Source: Gracilinanus agilis (Eukaryota). From it: a DNA stretch of 64,000 nt. Positions 27,070 to 43,099 of this stretch are shown one piece after another (position 1 is the first letter of the stretch; every line of letters starts with the position of its first letter). The stretch covers positions 100,304,847 through 100,368,846 of the forward strand of contig NC_058132.1 in the NCBI RefSeq assembly GCF_016433145.1. The letters are read 5' to 3'. Below the pieces are notes generated by a model, which had not been told where the DNA came from, searched no databases, and worked only from the letters and a program-made list of their open reading frames with translations. The position numbers were made by a program, and so were the translations under genes.

Positions 27070-29090
27070 AATGAGCACAGCAAAAAAAAAAAAAAAAAAT
27101 CCAAACAGATATTGGAAGATCATTCCAAGAGTCCTGGACAGAGTAATTTGGAGTGATTGAATATGATGGGAAAATGTTATGTATTCTGTGTAATGAAAGT
27201 GTTGTGTGTCACACATTAAGTGCCAGACAGCACTTTGACACCAACCACAAAAGTGTTGCCAAACTTGGTAAAACTGAAAAGAATTTCTTAAAGGGAAATT
27301 GAGGAAATATCATTATCTTTCTAGATAAACTCATCTGACAGCTGTCAGTTTTCAAATTTCACCGTACATAGCAAAACATAGTAAGCCCCTCTCTTATGGG
27401 AATATTATTATCAAAACAGCCATGTTGTCTGTGAGTAATTCCCTTTTTCATGATTTCCCAAACAAGGATAAAGTTATTCAATGCATTTCTGAGATGCCAC
27501 TGTTAAAGATCGAGTCCAGCCCATGGCAAGTGTTGTTAGTCAGCAGCTCACCACTGACTTAGAAAAGGGAGTCTGTTACTCCATGTGCTTGGATGAAAGC
27601 ACAGATATAAATAATTGTGCAAAGCTAGCAGCAATTATGCGTTATGCTGTTGGTGACGTCATGGGAGAAGAGCTGGTGAAACTGGTGTTTTTGCCTGAAA
27701 GAACACAAGGATAGATATCTACAGTGATGTAATGGAGGCTTTTTTGTCACAAGACAAAAGACCAGAAAAAATTATATTGATTACTATGGTTGGGGCAACC
27801 TCTGGTTTCATACAGTTCTTTGTTGAAGAAACAAAACATCAAATCATTTAGTTCCAGAAGCTCTCTGTGCCAGGGAAAGCAACAAAAAATTTGACGGTAT
27901 CCTCAAAGATGTCACAAAAATGGTGAGTTACATCATGGCTTGTAATCTAAATTTTCAAGTTTCAAGCACTTCTTTGGGAGAAGTATAATTGTTTACTTAT
28001 GTATAATAATGCCTGGAGGCTGAGCAGAGGCTGTGAGTCCTGGAGAGATTTGTAGCCTGCTTGGATGAAATTAGGCTGTTTATGATTGAAAAGGGGCAAG
28101 AATATGCATAGCTCAATGATATGGCCTGGCTTACCAACTTCATGTTTTTTACAGATTTTACACTACACTTCAATGTACTGAACAAACAACTACAAGGTGT
28201 AGGGAGAATAGCAGAAAGGATGTTTTGTGATATCAAAAGATTTGAGAGAAACTGCAGGTTTTTTTTGAAAGAGACCTTGAAAATAGGCAGCTAGAATATT
28301 TTCCAAATCTAAAAATGCATTTAGAAAATTCTACATTTGCAGACAATCCTACAAGCCATCAGGAAATCTATAAAGAATTTTCTAGTATTGTAGCAGCTGC
28401 GAAGGTGAATTTTAGCAACAGATTTTTACCGTTCTGTAAGATGGAGACAACCCCGTGTTTTTTACTTCTCCACATAAAACCAAATTTGAAGAGTTTGATC
28501 TCTCCTGCTTGCATAGGCTAGATTTAGGAAATCTGGTGTGAAATACTTGAGAAGATAGAAGGGATGACAAAGGACAGCACAGTTAGTTCTGAAAATGAAA
28601 TCCTTAAAGTGTGGAATTCTCTGCCAAATAAATTTTAAGTCAATGAAAGCACTTGGGATTGCTTTCCTTACTTTTGTTTGGATCATCTTATGCTTGTGAA
28701 CAGCTGTTTTCAGCTTTGAATTGTGTCAAATCTGATACCAGAAACAGACCAACCGATGACCTGAGCGCAACGTGTGTTGCTCTCACTTACAAAGTATGAG
28801 CCAAGGTTAGAGAAATTATCAGTATGCATACAGCAGCAAAAATCACATTAATTGTTCAAAATCATGCCAAATGCAGGCTTTTATCTTTCAATAAATGGTT
28901 GTTTGTTTCATTGAAAGTTGTTATTGTGTTTTTCTTTTAAGACAAAAGATGTTCATGTATGAGTTGTTTTGTTTTTCTAAACTAAAACCTCAGTATTCAG
29001 GTTAAATTTCCTTGTTGGCACTTTGAAATAAATAAATGGGTTTTGGGTTGAACTTTGGGCATTCGGTCTCTAAAAGGTTCGCTATCACTG
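27070..29090 (+). mobile_element. hAT (Charlie/Buster group) transposase fossil with intact right TIR; left end not found
   Basis: BED-like GKMLCILCNESVV...HFDTNH; catalytic region SMCLDESTDI...LAAIMRY; C-terminal QQQKSH* at about 28851; ends aaaaggttcgctatcactg followed by ccctagga; many stops and frameshifts. Confidence 0.88.
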
Positions 29091-30174
29091 CCCTAGGACA
29101 ATGCAATCTTGCCCTGAAGATTTAAAAATTTCAATATTTCCCACTTAAAGGATACAAATATCCCAAAACAAGTAAGTTCTTTGGGAACTCTGTTGGGTTA
29201 AAGAAGTACCTCTGAGACCAGAGTAGAGAATGCCAAAGCCAGTCTTCTCCTCTTCTACTAGTATCTAACCCACCTATTTTTGAGGAAGAACTATATAGTA
29301 TATTATCTATGGATATGAGAGGACTAAGAGATGTCAACCAGCTTAGAACTTGCTTAACTCCTGACCAGAAAGGCACCTCTCACTTAGGCTGGGGACAAGC
29401 ATCTCAACTCCACCAGAGGACTAGACTAGTAATGGCAAGTCAAGGCCTCATTACAATTGTAAATACGGAAGCTTCCTGTACTCAACTGTTTGAAGATGTT
29501 CAGATGATGTGAAGATTGGCTATGAAGGATTGAGGCACCCAGGATTTAGTTCCACTTATGTGAAAAAAAATTGCTACTACATATTAATTAGCAAAATAAA
29601 ATATTTGTATTGGGAATTGGGGCATGCAAAATGTGTTCTTGTTTAACAGTGAACTTAGAAACCTTTGACAGAAAAGTATTTAACACCACAAAACTATTTT
29701 CTCTCTCTTTTCCTTTAATCCTAGGAATTCCTTGCCTAGAACTTCCAGTCTGCATTTTCATCCTCATACCAACTTCCCAATGGATCTAGTAGAAGCTAAG
29801 AGAAGCTTCCTTTGAGGGTCTTGATTGTTTCATTTTTTTCAACATTTATATCCCCCAGTGCCTTCCACATAATAGGCATTTAATAAAAGTTTGTGGAAAT
29901 TAATCCAGTACCAATCCATCCCTTAAATAGAGGCAAAAAAGGGGCTCATAATCCTACAGGCATGATGCTAACTCTCACTATTTCTGCCCAACAGAACACA
30001 ACCCTCCTAGAGCCAACAGAACAATTCTCCCACTGTATCCTCCAGAAGGTGCTCTTGTCCTGGAGCTTTTACCCTCTTATTCCTCGTAGCCTACCACTTC
30101 TCTGAAATGGCATGACTGGCCAGAACTCCATAAGCCCTTTTGGGATACTATTCCACCAATAAAAGAAGTACATT

Positions 30175-32313
<2,139 letters not shown>

Positions 32314-33839
32314 CATCCCTGAGTTCAGAACAGTATCAATGCCAAACTAATCTTTTCTTTAGCTAGCATCTAACTTGTCTCTTTTTAGGAAGAACCATGG
32401 CTTAGATTCAGCCTGAGAGGACTAAGTGAAATGCCAGTAGAGGAGAATCTCCATATCTCCAACTCTTCTTCCTGACTAGAAAGGTATCTCTCACTTAACT
32501 CAGGAAATGAGCATGTCTCATCTCCACCAGAGAACTAGACTAGGAATGGCAATCCAACTCCTCATCACCAACAAAAGAAATATTGGAATGGTCTTCACTA
32601 AATAAGTCTCCAGATGTGTACTTCTTCATATACTTGCCAGAGGAAAATCCTATTTCTAACTGACACAAGTGAACTTAGAAACCACTAGTAGATAGCATTT
32701 CTCTTTTTGTTTTTAACCTTTACCTTTTGTCTTCTGAGGCAGAAGAATGGTTATATTTATATTTCTTTATATTATTTCTAGCAGAAGATACTTTGACAGT
32801 TAGGGCTCTTGTTTTTGCTTTTAATAACAGGTTAACAGAGTGCCTTGTATGTAACAGATAATTTTTTTGTTGTTGTTTTGTTTTTTCAGACAAGAAAAAT
32901 ATCATTCAAGAGTCCACAGGCCCAAAGCAGACTTCAAAATGTTGCTACTTTCTCCACATGAAGGAGAGTCAACAGGGGAAATTCTTCACATTTCCCTAGA
33001 AAAAAGGGTTTCTGTCCATTTCTGGGATATAGATTATCTTCTTTCTATTCTATTTCCTAGCCCCTTTAAAAGTGCCCAATTAATATGAACTGGGTAACAT
33101 GTCCAAACAGAAGAGAAAAAAGTTTTATTTTGATTTTTTGCCTCAGGGTTGAGACTTGAATTTTTCTGAAGAAAAGCTACCTTCAAACACTATTATTGAA
33201 CACTTAATGGCTTTGGAAATTAACTTTTACTTCAAGAGAAGTAACAGTTATTAATGGATTCATCTTAAAACACTTATGCAACTCAGATTTGTCCAAGCAT
33301 TCCCCAATTATTTTCCATGTTGCATAATTAAAACATAATTAAAACAACTTTAAAACTGGTAAGATTGAAACAGCCTCTTTCTCTTGTACTTGCTGGTTTG
33401 TGCTTTCCCATGCTTGTCCAGGGAGTCAAGGTTCTGGTTCACTCATAGCATGGATGCCATGGACTAAGTCAGTGAAAGCGGAAGTTCTTTCCCCACTCCC
33501 TTGTTTATTGTGGCTGGTGATGTTTCTTTCTGTTCTTTTTCTTTGGGCCTTCTTAGTTTTAGGTGTCAGCAATGATCTCCAACAGACCTTGTCATGCTGA
33601 CCTTAGAGCCAAGATTCCAGGTGGGAGGATACAGCCAGGGAGTTTACCTGGCAGAGAAGCTCTAAGAAGTCAGGGTACCTGGGACTCCAGCTTGAGGGAA
33701 ATTTTAGTCTTGGAACTGGGAATATGCTCTATTGAAACTTAGCTAAACTATGAACTAATAAACTTCATTCCTATCAATCAAGGCAGAATAAAGCAAGTTA
33801 GGGAGCGATTATGCCTCCCATATCTTAGAGAAGTTTATG

Positions 33840-36800
33840 TGAAATAGATTAATTAATCTATTGATTGTTATTAATCAGAAAGCTACTTTCTCATGAGAAA
33901 GTCAGACACACCTGTGAGATAATTCAGAGGCAGGAACCCAGGGAACATATGGTTATGTATATGAAGAAATGACTCCATACTAACAAAGGAGAGTTAAATA
34001 CAGTATAAGGTTAAATATACTATATGATGGATAATACTGTATATCCTACATGCAAAAGCTAACAGCACATCTGGCATCTGTGAGATAAGGCTTGCTTGCT
34101 TGCTTTTGTCAAAAAGGAAATATATCATTAAACCTTATAAGGAAAGGTATGCATAGTATTGTTTAAGCTTACCTTGCATGTTGCACATATGTAACCCTAT
34201 AAAAACTGCTTGTAACATTCACTTGGGGCGTCTTTCACTAGGAAAGATTGCCCTGGCCAGTAGTTTCATTTATTAATCAACAGATTAATAAATACTAGTT
34301 CCATTAATTAGAACTTCTGGGTGTCTGGACTCATTTATGAAGTCACCCCACTTCAGCTTGGAGGCCCCAGCGAGATCTTGAACCCAGAGCCAGGAGGTAA
34401 GGACTCAGGAGAGAGCTGTTGGTGTGTATGTGTGAGTGTAAAGGGGGAAAGAGGTCTCTGGAGTCCTCAATATAAGGCTTTCCAGCTGGGTTTGTAACCC
34501 CAGTTATACTGGGACAGCCTATTCTGCTAGGCCAGGACCCCACGAAGGAGCCTTAAACTCAGATGTGAGTCTGTGATCCCCCTCAGGGATGTGAGTTGAG
34601 TGGGACCTAGAAATTACACAGTTCCCATTGTCCACGAGGACGTGGGTTGGAAATCTGGGGAAGCAAATGGTGCCCTGTCTGAGGTTTGTCCCTGGTTCTA
34701 GTGATTGAGATCTCGGACAAATTTTTAATTCATTTTGGAACTATCTTTTCTGTTCTGGTAAGTCAGTTTTTGTTCTGGTCTGGAGCTCTGTTCTATTCTG
34801 GAAATCTGGATCCAGAAGAGCCTGTTGGGTTACTGGACAAGTTCTAACCCCACAGCCAGGTCCTAGGAAAAGATGTCTTCTGGGACTGCAGGGGAACCTT
34901 TGGGTTCAGGTGTATGAGTGTGTGTTTTGTGGATTTCTGTTGGGTCTTTGTTTCATTTTTGTGTAGCTTGCTATAATGGGTCAGTCCTCATCATCAGGCC
35001 CTTTGACCCTGCTAACATGCATCCTTAAGAATTTCTAGCTTTTCAAAAAGGCAGCAGCTGATTATGGAATTCAAGTTTCCCCTGGTCATTCCACACTTTA
35101 TGTGAGTTAGAGTAGCCCACCTTTGGGGTTGAGTAGAAACCAGAAGAAACCACAGACCTCTCTGTGGCCTATGAGGTCTGGAGAATATTACATGAGAAAC
35201 CAAGACACCCTGATCAAATTCCCCACATTGATATTTGGAATGACTTGCTTACTGATACTCCAAAGAAATTGAAGGCTTGTTTCTCAGAACAAAATTACTC
35301 TACCCAAACAGAGGCTGGTAAACACTCTCCTGAGGCAAGAAAAACAAAACCCCTCCTGTGCTCCAGGGAGATCCTGAGGAACCACCCTCATCCCCACCAT
35401 CTGCACCCCTGTGAAGCCCTCTTTATCCCCCTTTCCCTGCGGGTACCCTGCCCATAACAACCACATCCCATCCCATACAACCACAAGGCATCCCCAATCA
35501 TTATTCCCAGGATCCAGGACAGGCTGCTGAGAAACCGGCCATGACTGTGGGACTATGGCCCTACCGTGATTAATTCCTCCTTAATATGCTCACAATAGTC
35601 TTCCACTTCTTCAAAAGCTTCAACTTCAACAGCATTCCCAGGCAACATTTGGCTCTGCTTGAACTCTCAACCTCCTTATTATATTGGTTTTGGGGCACAG
35701 GGGTCTTTGGGTTCCTTGTACCCTCCAGAGGCACTGCATGTTGCCTTAATCACAAATGTTGAGGTCCAGACCCAAGGTAAATGGGGACATGAGCTGGTCC
35801 TTATCCTGGGGATCTACAGGGTAATGGCACTTGTTTTATGGAATCTGATGCAGACCTCAGTAGCTCCTTTCTTGCTCCTTACTGTGTCAGTGCTGTCACC
35901 ACCTCTCATGCTGATTCCCCACATATATGGTACTGGAAAGCCCCTCCTGGAACTTGGTTTACTTGTACCACCAGCATTACACCTTGCCTCGCCCCTCAGT
36001 CCTTGAAAACACCAGATGTCCCGGGTAACCCCATAATTTGCATCCTGGTTCACATTATTCCCCAGGTTTACTATTATTCGGGGGAAGGCGATAGAGAACA
36101 TTTTGAGGGAATGCAGACTGGACAAACACCTCGCTGGCCTCGTTTGGCGTAGAGTGCCCATTCTTATCCCTGTCTTGGTAGGGCTGGGAATAAGAGGAAC
36201 TGCAGCTTTTCCAGTTTCTCTCAACAGATTGATTTAGAACTCAGTGAAATAGAAAGCTCTGTTAGTTTCTTGGAAAAATCACTGTCCTCTCTGTCAGAAA
36301 TGGTTCTTCAAAAGAGGTGGGGGCTGCACCTCCTTTTCCTTAAGTGAGGGGGACTTTCTCTAGCTTTGGGAGAATCCTGCTGTTTCTATGCCAACCATTT
36401 GAGGATGGTGCAGGAATCCCTTGCTGTACTCCAAGGTAGAATTCAAGAGAGGGAACAAATGCCCAACCTACCAACTGGTATTCGAGTCTTTTCTCTTGGT
36501 CCCCTTGATTGACCACCCTACTCACTGCCATCGCAGGACCCCTTTTATTGATTATGCTGGGCCTAATAGGCCCCTGCTTGATTAACTGCCTTATGACCTA
36601 TGTCTGACAACGTCTACAAGCTGTCAAGCTTTTGGTCCTGCTCTCTCATTACTCTCCTATGTCTACTGAGTCAAGGGTTTGACTCAAGAACAAGAAAAGG
36701 AGGGACTGAAATAGATTAATTCATTAATCTATTGATTGGTGCATTAATCAGAAAGCTGCTTTCCCATGAGAAAGTCAGACAGGCCTGTGAAATAACTCAG

Positions 36801-37102
36801 AGGCAGGAACCCAGAGAATATATGATTGATGTATGTGAAGAATTGACTCCATACTAACAATGGAGAGCTAAATACAGTATAAGGTTAAATATACTATGCA
36901 GTGGACAATACTGTACATCCTACATGCAGATGCTAACGGCACATCTAGCTTCTGTGAGATAAGACTTGCTTGCTTGCTTTTGCCAAAAAGGAAATATATC
37001 ATTAAACCCTATAAGGAAAAGTATGCATAAATCAATAAATACCGGTTCCATTAATTTGAACTTCTGGGTGTCCAGACTCGTTTATGAAGTCACTCCACTT
37101 CA
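33840..37102 (+). mobile_element. Internally deleted gamma-type (ERV1) provirus: LTR-PBS-gag(MA/p12)-env(part of SU, TM)-PPT-LTR
   Basis: LTRs 33840-34355 and 36707-37102. gag ATG at 34976 (MGQSSS...PTFGV...HPDQIPHIDIW); env WLCLNSQPPYYIG at 35650; ISD-like LQKRWGLHLLFLK*GGL at 36306; CC motif; PPT aagaaaaggagggac; TSD TATG/TATA. Confidence 0.95.
34359..34376 (+). promoter_or_regulatory. Primer-binding site complementary to tRNA-Thr(UGU)
   Basis: TGGAGGCCCCAGCGAGAT, 3 nt after the LTR end; complement of the recalled vertebrate tRNA-Thr(TGT) 3' end. Confidence 0.85.
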
Positions 37103-37852
37103 TATATATTCATGATTATCTTCTGAAGTAAATATTTCTTTGTAAAAGCTAATCCAACTGTTAGTGTCTAAATGGAGCTGGGGTTTAGGGGACTCCTCCC
37201 CTACACTTAAAGCGGGGAGCCTAGACATCCCTAACTCCCTTAAGGGAAGTAAAGAACTCTGAAGGAGGGGTGAGATGTAGCCTACCTGGCTTTCAGAGGG
37301 CCAGGGCCAGGTTAGTGTTACACGTGTGCTGCAGTAAAGTCAATGGATGACAACTAATGTCTGAATCACAGGTAATGTCAAACTACTTTACACATTTCTT
37401 GTGCTATGAAAAGTTAAAACAAGAAGTTAGATCTCCACATAGATTTTCAGTGGACATATTTTCTGAGTACAAAACTACAGTTCTAACACTTTTCAGAACC
37501 TTGATACGAGTCCTAAAGAAATTTCCAGATTTCAAAATTCATACATGTGAAGAACAGGAACCTATAAAACAGTGGACTCTTCTCACAAAGATATAAAATG
37601 GAGCTGAAGTAGGAAGAAGTCATCCAAGTTTTGATTAAAACAAGTTAAGTTTCATGTTCCTAACTTTGGCCCCATTTCAGAGATAGGATTGAAGCAGTCC
37701 TTGTTTTGACTGGTTAAAACTCCCTTGAATGATTAGAATAATTGATTTTGTAAATTGCCAGTTCAGATTAGCTAGCTTTCAGGGAGAAGACTATAACTTT
37801 CAAATAACCAGCCAGTGGTGAACATCTTTGCATCAGGGACTAAGATGAACAG

Positions 37853-38516
37853 TGTGTAAATGAAATTAACTCTAGCCATTCATAGTCAAAAAACTACTTA
37901 TCCTAGCCATAGAAATGATGTAATTCCTCACCTTCCTTAGTGGGGAGGGGAGACGAGTTACCTACACGTGACAATAAGTAACAAATCAAGAACAAGGGAC
38001 TGCCCTTTGGGCAGTCCAAAATCAGTGTAGAGACTGCTGTTTGTTCACTTGAATTAGAGGTGGACCCACGGGAAGTGACGAAAGACACTATCTCTTTAAG
38101 TAAGTTGGTTACTGCCTGTGGAGGCAGTCCCCGCCCTGAATTTGGTGCTGACGGACCTCCCTTGAGACCTCAGACAGCTTCTACTCTGTATTGTCACGTG
38201 GGTAAGTTAGGCTGACTTCCTTGGCCTATCTAGGCCGCTTCCAAACTCTGCCTTAAGCAGGGTTGCTGGGCCTTGTGGCTTGCAGCTTCATTTATTTAGC
38301 CTTTTAACCTTCTCTCTCGTCCAGGCCTGACCAGGCCTGGACTAGCCTCTCCCTTTCTCTTTATTTCTATACTTTTACCTTCCTAGTTGTAAATAAACTT
38401 GCCTCAATCCGATCTGACTTGGGTCTGATTTAATTACGGAATCAATCTGAACTGTTGATTCCTGGCTGCCACGTTTTAAATATATATCTATAGAATACCT
38501 AAATTTCCCTCTTACA
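37853..38516 (+). mobile_element. Young solo LTR (664 bp)
   Basis: TGT...TTACA ends, perfect 4-bp TSD ACAG, aataaa at about 38392, many CpGs retained. Confidence 0.9.
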
Positions 38517-39603
38517 ACAGGAACCTCCCTGCTCCCATTCTTTGTACTTGCTTAATTGCTGTAGCACTTGTAGCACTGGCTCCTAACTACCCATTCTCTG
38601 GAGGATGAAATAAAAGAGCTTTTGACACACTGAGGCTGAGTTGAGTGGTCCTAGTTCCTCTCAATAGAACTGTGCAATTAAGGAGCTTCCATCTAATCTT
38701 TAAGTGGGAGTGATTAATTTATATCTCAATGACAAACAAAAAGGCAAATATCAAGTAATATAATAGAATTATATAAATACATTCCAAGCAATGACTATGC
38801 TCAATTAAAACATAACCATGTGTATTTGGCACTAACTCTATGAGTTGACATTTTCAAGATGAAATACATAAAATTTCACTATATATTAGCATTAATAGAG
38901 GAACATTTAAAGTATTTTAATGAGAGTAAATTCTAACTTTGAATTCCAATTAAGCAAAATGTTATCCTATAAAAAGAATCCTATTCCCATTAGTAAGCAG
39001 TTAAAAAATGTTTGTGGAAGTGAAGCTAATCTCCTATCTTTCATAAAGGAGAAAAAAAGGCTCAATAGCCTTCATTGGGCTCTCTTTTATAAAGGGGGGT
39101 TGTGGGGGGGGGGGGAACGATAGCCCAAACACTGTGCTGGCTTCTTTCTAGGCTAGGAGAGAGATAAGAGGGCCACTTATCACATTGATTACCCCTGATA
39201 AGGCACTGATGCCGACAATATCTCCATTACCCTAAAAGGACAAATGGGCAGAACCAAGTAATCCTTTGGAAAAACTGGAATAAATGAGTGCACTCAGAGT
39301 ATGGTCTATGTTGTCTGTTTTTAGGAAGGACTATTTGCTTATGTGTATATACAGCCTGAAAGAACTAAAAAAGATGCCAAAGATGCCGATTGCCAACTCA
39401 AGCCGAAAGGCTGGTTCTCACTTAATTTGGAAAATAAACTTATCATATTGTGTGAAGTGGAAGTTTAAGGGGACCTTGAAATATCAAGATACATCCTCTT
39501 TAACCAAAAAGACCAAGAAAAACCATCTTTAAAATGGAATGTATTTGAGATGTAGAGCAATATCTCACACCATAGAGCTGAGACAATGCTCTCCTTAGAT
39601 TTA

Positions 39604-39968
39604 NNNNNNNNNNNNNNNNNNNNNNNNNNNNNNNNNNNNNNNNNNNNNNNNNNNNNNNNNNNNNNNNNNNNNNNNNNNNNNNNNNNNNNNNNNNNNNNNN
39701 NNNNNNNNNNNNNNNNNNNNNNNNNNNNNNNNNNNNNNNNNNNNNNNNNNNNNNNNNNNNNNNNNNNNNNNNNNNNNNNNNNNNNNNNNNNNNNNNNNNN
39801 NNNNNNNNNNNNNNNNNNNNNNNNNNNNNNNNNNNNNNNNNNNNNNNNNNNNNNNNNNNNNNNNNNNNNNNNNNNNNNNNNNNNNNNNNNNNNNNNNNNN
39901 NNNNNNNNNNNNNNNNNNNNNNNNNNNNNNNNNNNNNNNNNNNNNNNNNNNNNNNNNNNNNNNNNNNN
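39604..39968. other. Assembly gap (N run) abutting an (AG)n microsatellite at 39969-40047
   Basis: Direct read. Confidence 0.99.
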
Positions 39969-39973
39969 GAGAA

Positions 39974-40049
<76 letters not shown>

Positions 40050-43000
40050 TGACCATGCCTCAAGTCATGGGTCAGAGACTGAGCCCCAACTTACAGAAAA
40101 ACTCTTGACTTATAGCCTTCTTTCAAATTAACATTTTAAAGAAATAGTCAAGAGTTGGAGACAAAGGTTTTCAATCCAGAAATAAAGGACAGGAATATTA
40201 AATTGAATAGCCTTTACAATAGATACAAAGAGAAGAGTTCAAGGCTAGATTATCTGGAAGGAGCTGATGTGAAGATCTTTCCAGCCATTGGGCTTGACTC
40301 TGGGATACAATGGGAGAGACTTCTAAGACAAAAGCTTGAGATTTGATCACTGGATCCTTCAGGGTCAGTCTGGGACATCTCCCTAACGCAAGTTCCCAAA
40401 CAAATTCAAAAGACCTAACTCAAAACACTTGAAGCTATAAGGCTTTGGTCCTATAGGAAGAAGAATGGGAGTGGCATAATTTTGTCTTGAAGTGGGGGGA
40501 GGCGGGGACTAGCTTTTACTAACTTCTTGGAGATTTTAGTAACTACTACTAACTTGAGAATAACATACTAATTTCTCACTCTATACATCTCTACCAAAAA
40601 TCTAGATTAATAACAGCAAGGCCAAGCATCATTACCAATACTGGAAACATTGAAGTTTTCTGCATTCATCTGCCTGATGTGTCTCTTTACACATGAGAGG
40701 AAAATCCTATTCCTGAAAGAGATGGCCATGGGGGACTGGCTCATCCAAGAAACACAGGGATGAATAAAGTCTGGGCAATAGTGAATTTAGAAACATCTCA
40801 CAAATCAAAGTTTTTGATATGCAAAACAAAGTTCTCTCCTTTTGCCCGAATCTCTCCCAAGAATTCCTGGCCTGAAAATTCTAGTATACCTCTTCATCCC
40901 CATACCAGGTAACCTATTGGCTATAGCAGAAGATAAACTCCTTGAGGACCAAGGCTGTTTCGTTTTGTGTTTCTTTTTAATGTTTACACTCCTTGGAGGA
41001 ACACAGTACTATGCATATTATCTGGAAATTAATAAATATTTGCTAAATTGAATTGAATGCTAATTTAAGACAAAGGCTCTAATAAGTCTCAAAGGCCCAC
41101 AGGCTTTTAGCCAACTCCCTAGAGCCTCCTTGGGGAAGCCCTGGCACAGAGTACATAGCTGGCACTGGGGGAGCTACTCCATTCCCCCTCCTCCCAGCAC
41201 CCAAGGACATTTTTTGGATGCCCCCCCCACTCTGTCCAGCCCCCAAAGCAAGCACTTTCTCCCTAAACTCTCTCCAGTAATAGGGAAATAAGAAGGATAG
41301 ACAGCTTGAATTTGCCCTCTGGGCACTCAAACTGGGGAAAAAGTTCACCAACCCTGTCCAGAGGCTGCTTTCTCCCCAGTGAAGGAGAATCAACTGGGCT
41401 GGTTCTTACTAAAATTTATGGAAATCACATTTCACTTTATAGCCTCTCTCCATCCCCACCATCTACTTTTAGGGAATAACACTTTTGAAAATATTCTTCA
41501 CAAACAGGGTGGCTCTAACTCCAGGATCCAGGCAATGCCAAGTCAGTGCTATCCTCCTTATGGCCTGTCTTATTTACCTTAGTAATGACTAGAACTTATC
41601 AAATGTGAACTCAAGTTAGAGGGCTAAGAAATAAGGAAGAAATTAGAATCTTCAGAAAACCTCCCTACTGACAGAAGTAAGTCATCTGCCTCTTAGCTTG
41701 TCAACCTACCTGAGAACTAGGCTATTAATGGCCAGATTAATCCCTGCTGATCAGACTATAAGCAATACATTTCTTAAATTCTCTTTGAAACTGTCTTTCC
41801 ACACTTATCCAGAGGAAAACCTGGATATAGAAACCAAGCATATAAACCAATAGAAATCTTGACTTATTAAAGGCCTGGGATGAACTCCTTCAACTATCAT
41901 ACCTTCCACTGACAAGTCTCTGACCCACCAAGTTATTTCCTATTCTGTTTCTCCAGTTTCTGGAACTCCCTACCAGTTCCCATCTTTAGTTCCTTGCCAT
42001 TCTACCTGTGAAAATATCAGTGCTTTATATTAGAGATTTCTTTTTTCAAAAATGTGTATTTATATTTCTTAGGCCTTATATGTAGTAGAATAATAAATGT
42101 ATACTGAATAGCCATTTTCCAGAGGAGGTAAAAATTAAGGTGGAGAGTCCTTGGGGTACATAACATTTTCCCAAAAAAGATGTTATCTACCTAGTGAAAA
42201 ACCGCCTACAGTACAGGTTCTCTACCTCCAAAAAAAGGGCTCTATTTCCCCAGAATATTATCTTTCCCCTTCTCTCTGCCATCTCATTTTTTGATCACTG
42301 CTTTCTGAAACTGATCTCCAAATAAGTGAGCAAATGTGACTCTTTTCTGTGGCCCATCCAGTCTACCCAAGAAATGTCTACAGATTATTTTTTATATACT
42401 CATCAGTCTCCTGACTAGGTTACCCTTCATTAAGTTTTGAGACACTTGCCCATTTGTTAGAGTTTCTTCTAATCTTCAAATCCTCTCATAAATTGTTTCG
42501 TATTGAATTTAATCTTTGTGCCCCACTAACTGTACAGAATATAAGTTCATTCCTCTAAGAAGAAATAAATACACTTTCCCAGTTAGGCAGACCCCTGCAC
42601 TCTCTTATTCCAATCTCTTTCTCACTTCCCCCAACTTCCCTCTACCCTAGAGGAGGGAGGAAAGCCAAATTTAGAGGATACCAACAGCATTTGCATTCCT
42701 AAAATAGAAAGAATTAACTGGTTGCTAATGGAGGATAGAGCAAAGAGAACACCTTAGGTACAGAATTTCTAAACTTTAGCCTTGAGACATATATTGCCCC
42801 TTTGAGGATAATTTTTTCAAACCTTCTCCGGCCACCTTCCCATCCCACCCCATTACCATCTTGCAAATATTTAGGGCTGGCTGCAAAGTATTTAGCAGCT
42901 ATGGAGGAAGATGAGCCAGTTTTCTGTAGCATCCTGAAAGGCATTTGTTTAGGGCTGGCAGTGAGATGCCCCAACAACTGAGGAAGATGAGAGGGCACCT

Positions 43001-43099
43001 AGAAAAGACTAGCTGCCTGCAAAATGGTGGAGGCAAGTTTAGAGCCTGCAGCAAGTAGCCTCGCATCTGTGAAGAATGCCTCCGCTTATCATTCTCTTA

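Noticed and set aside
39500-40131. Long ORFs with X runs and ER/SL repeats
   Set aside because: Artefacts of the N gap and the (AG)n repeat.
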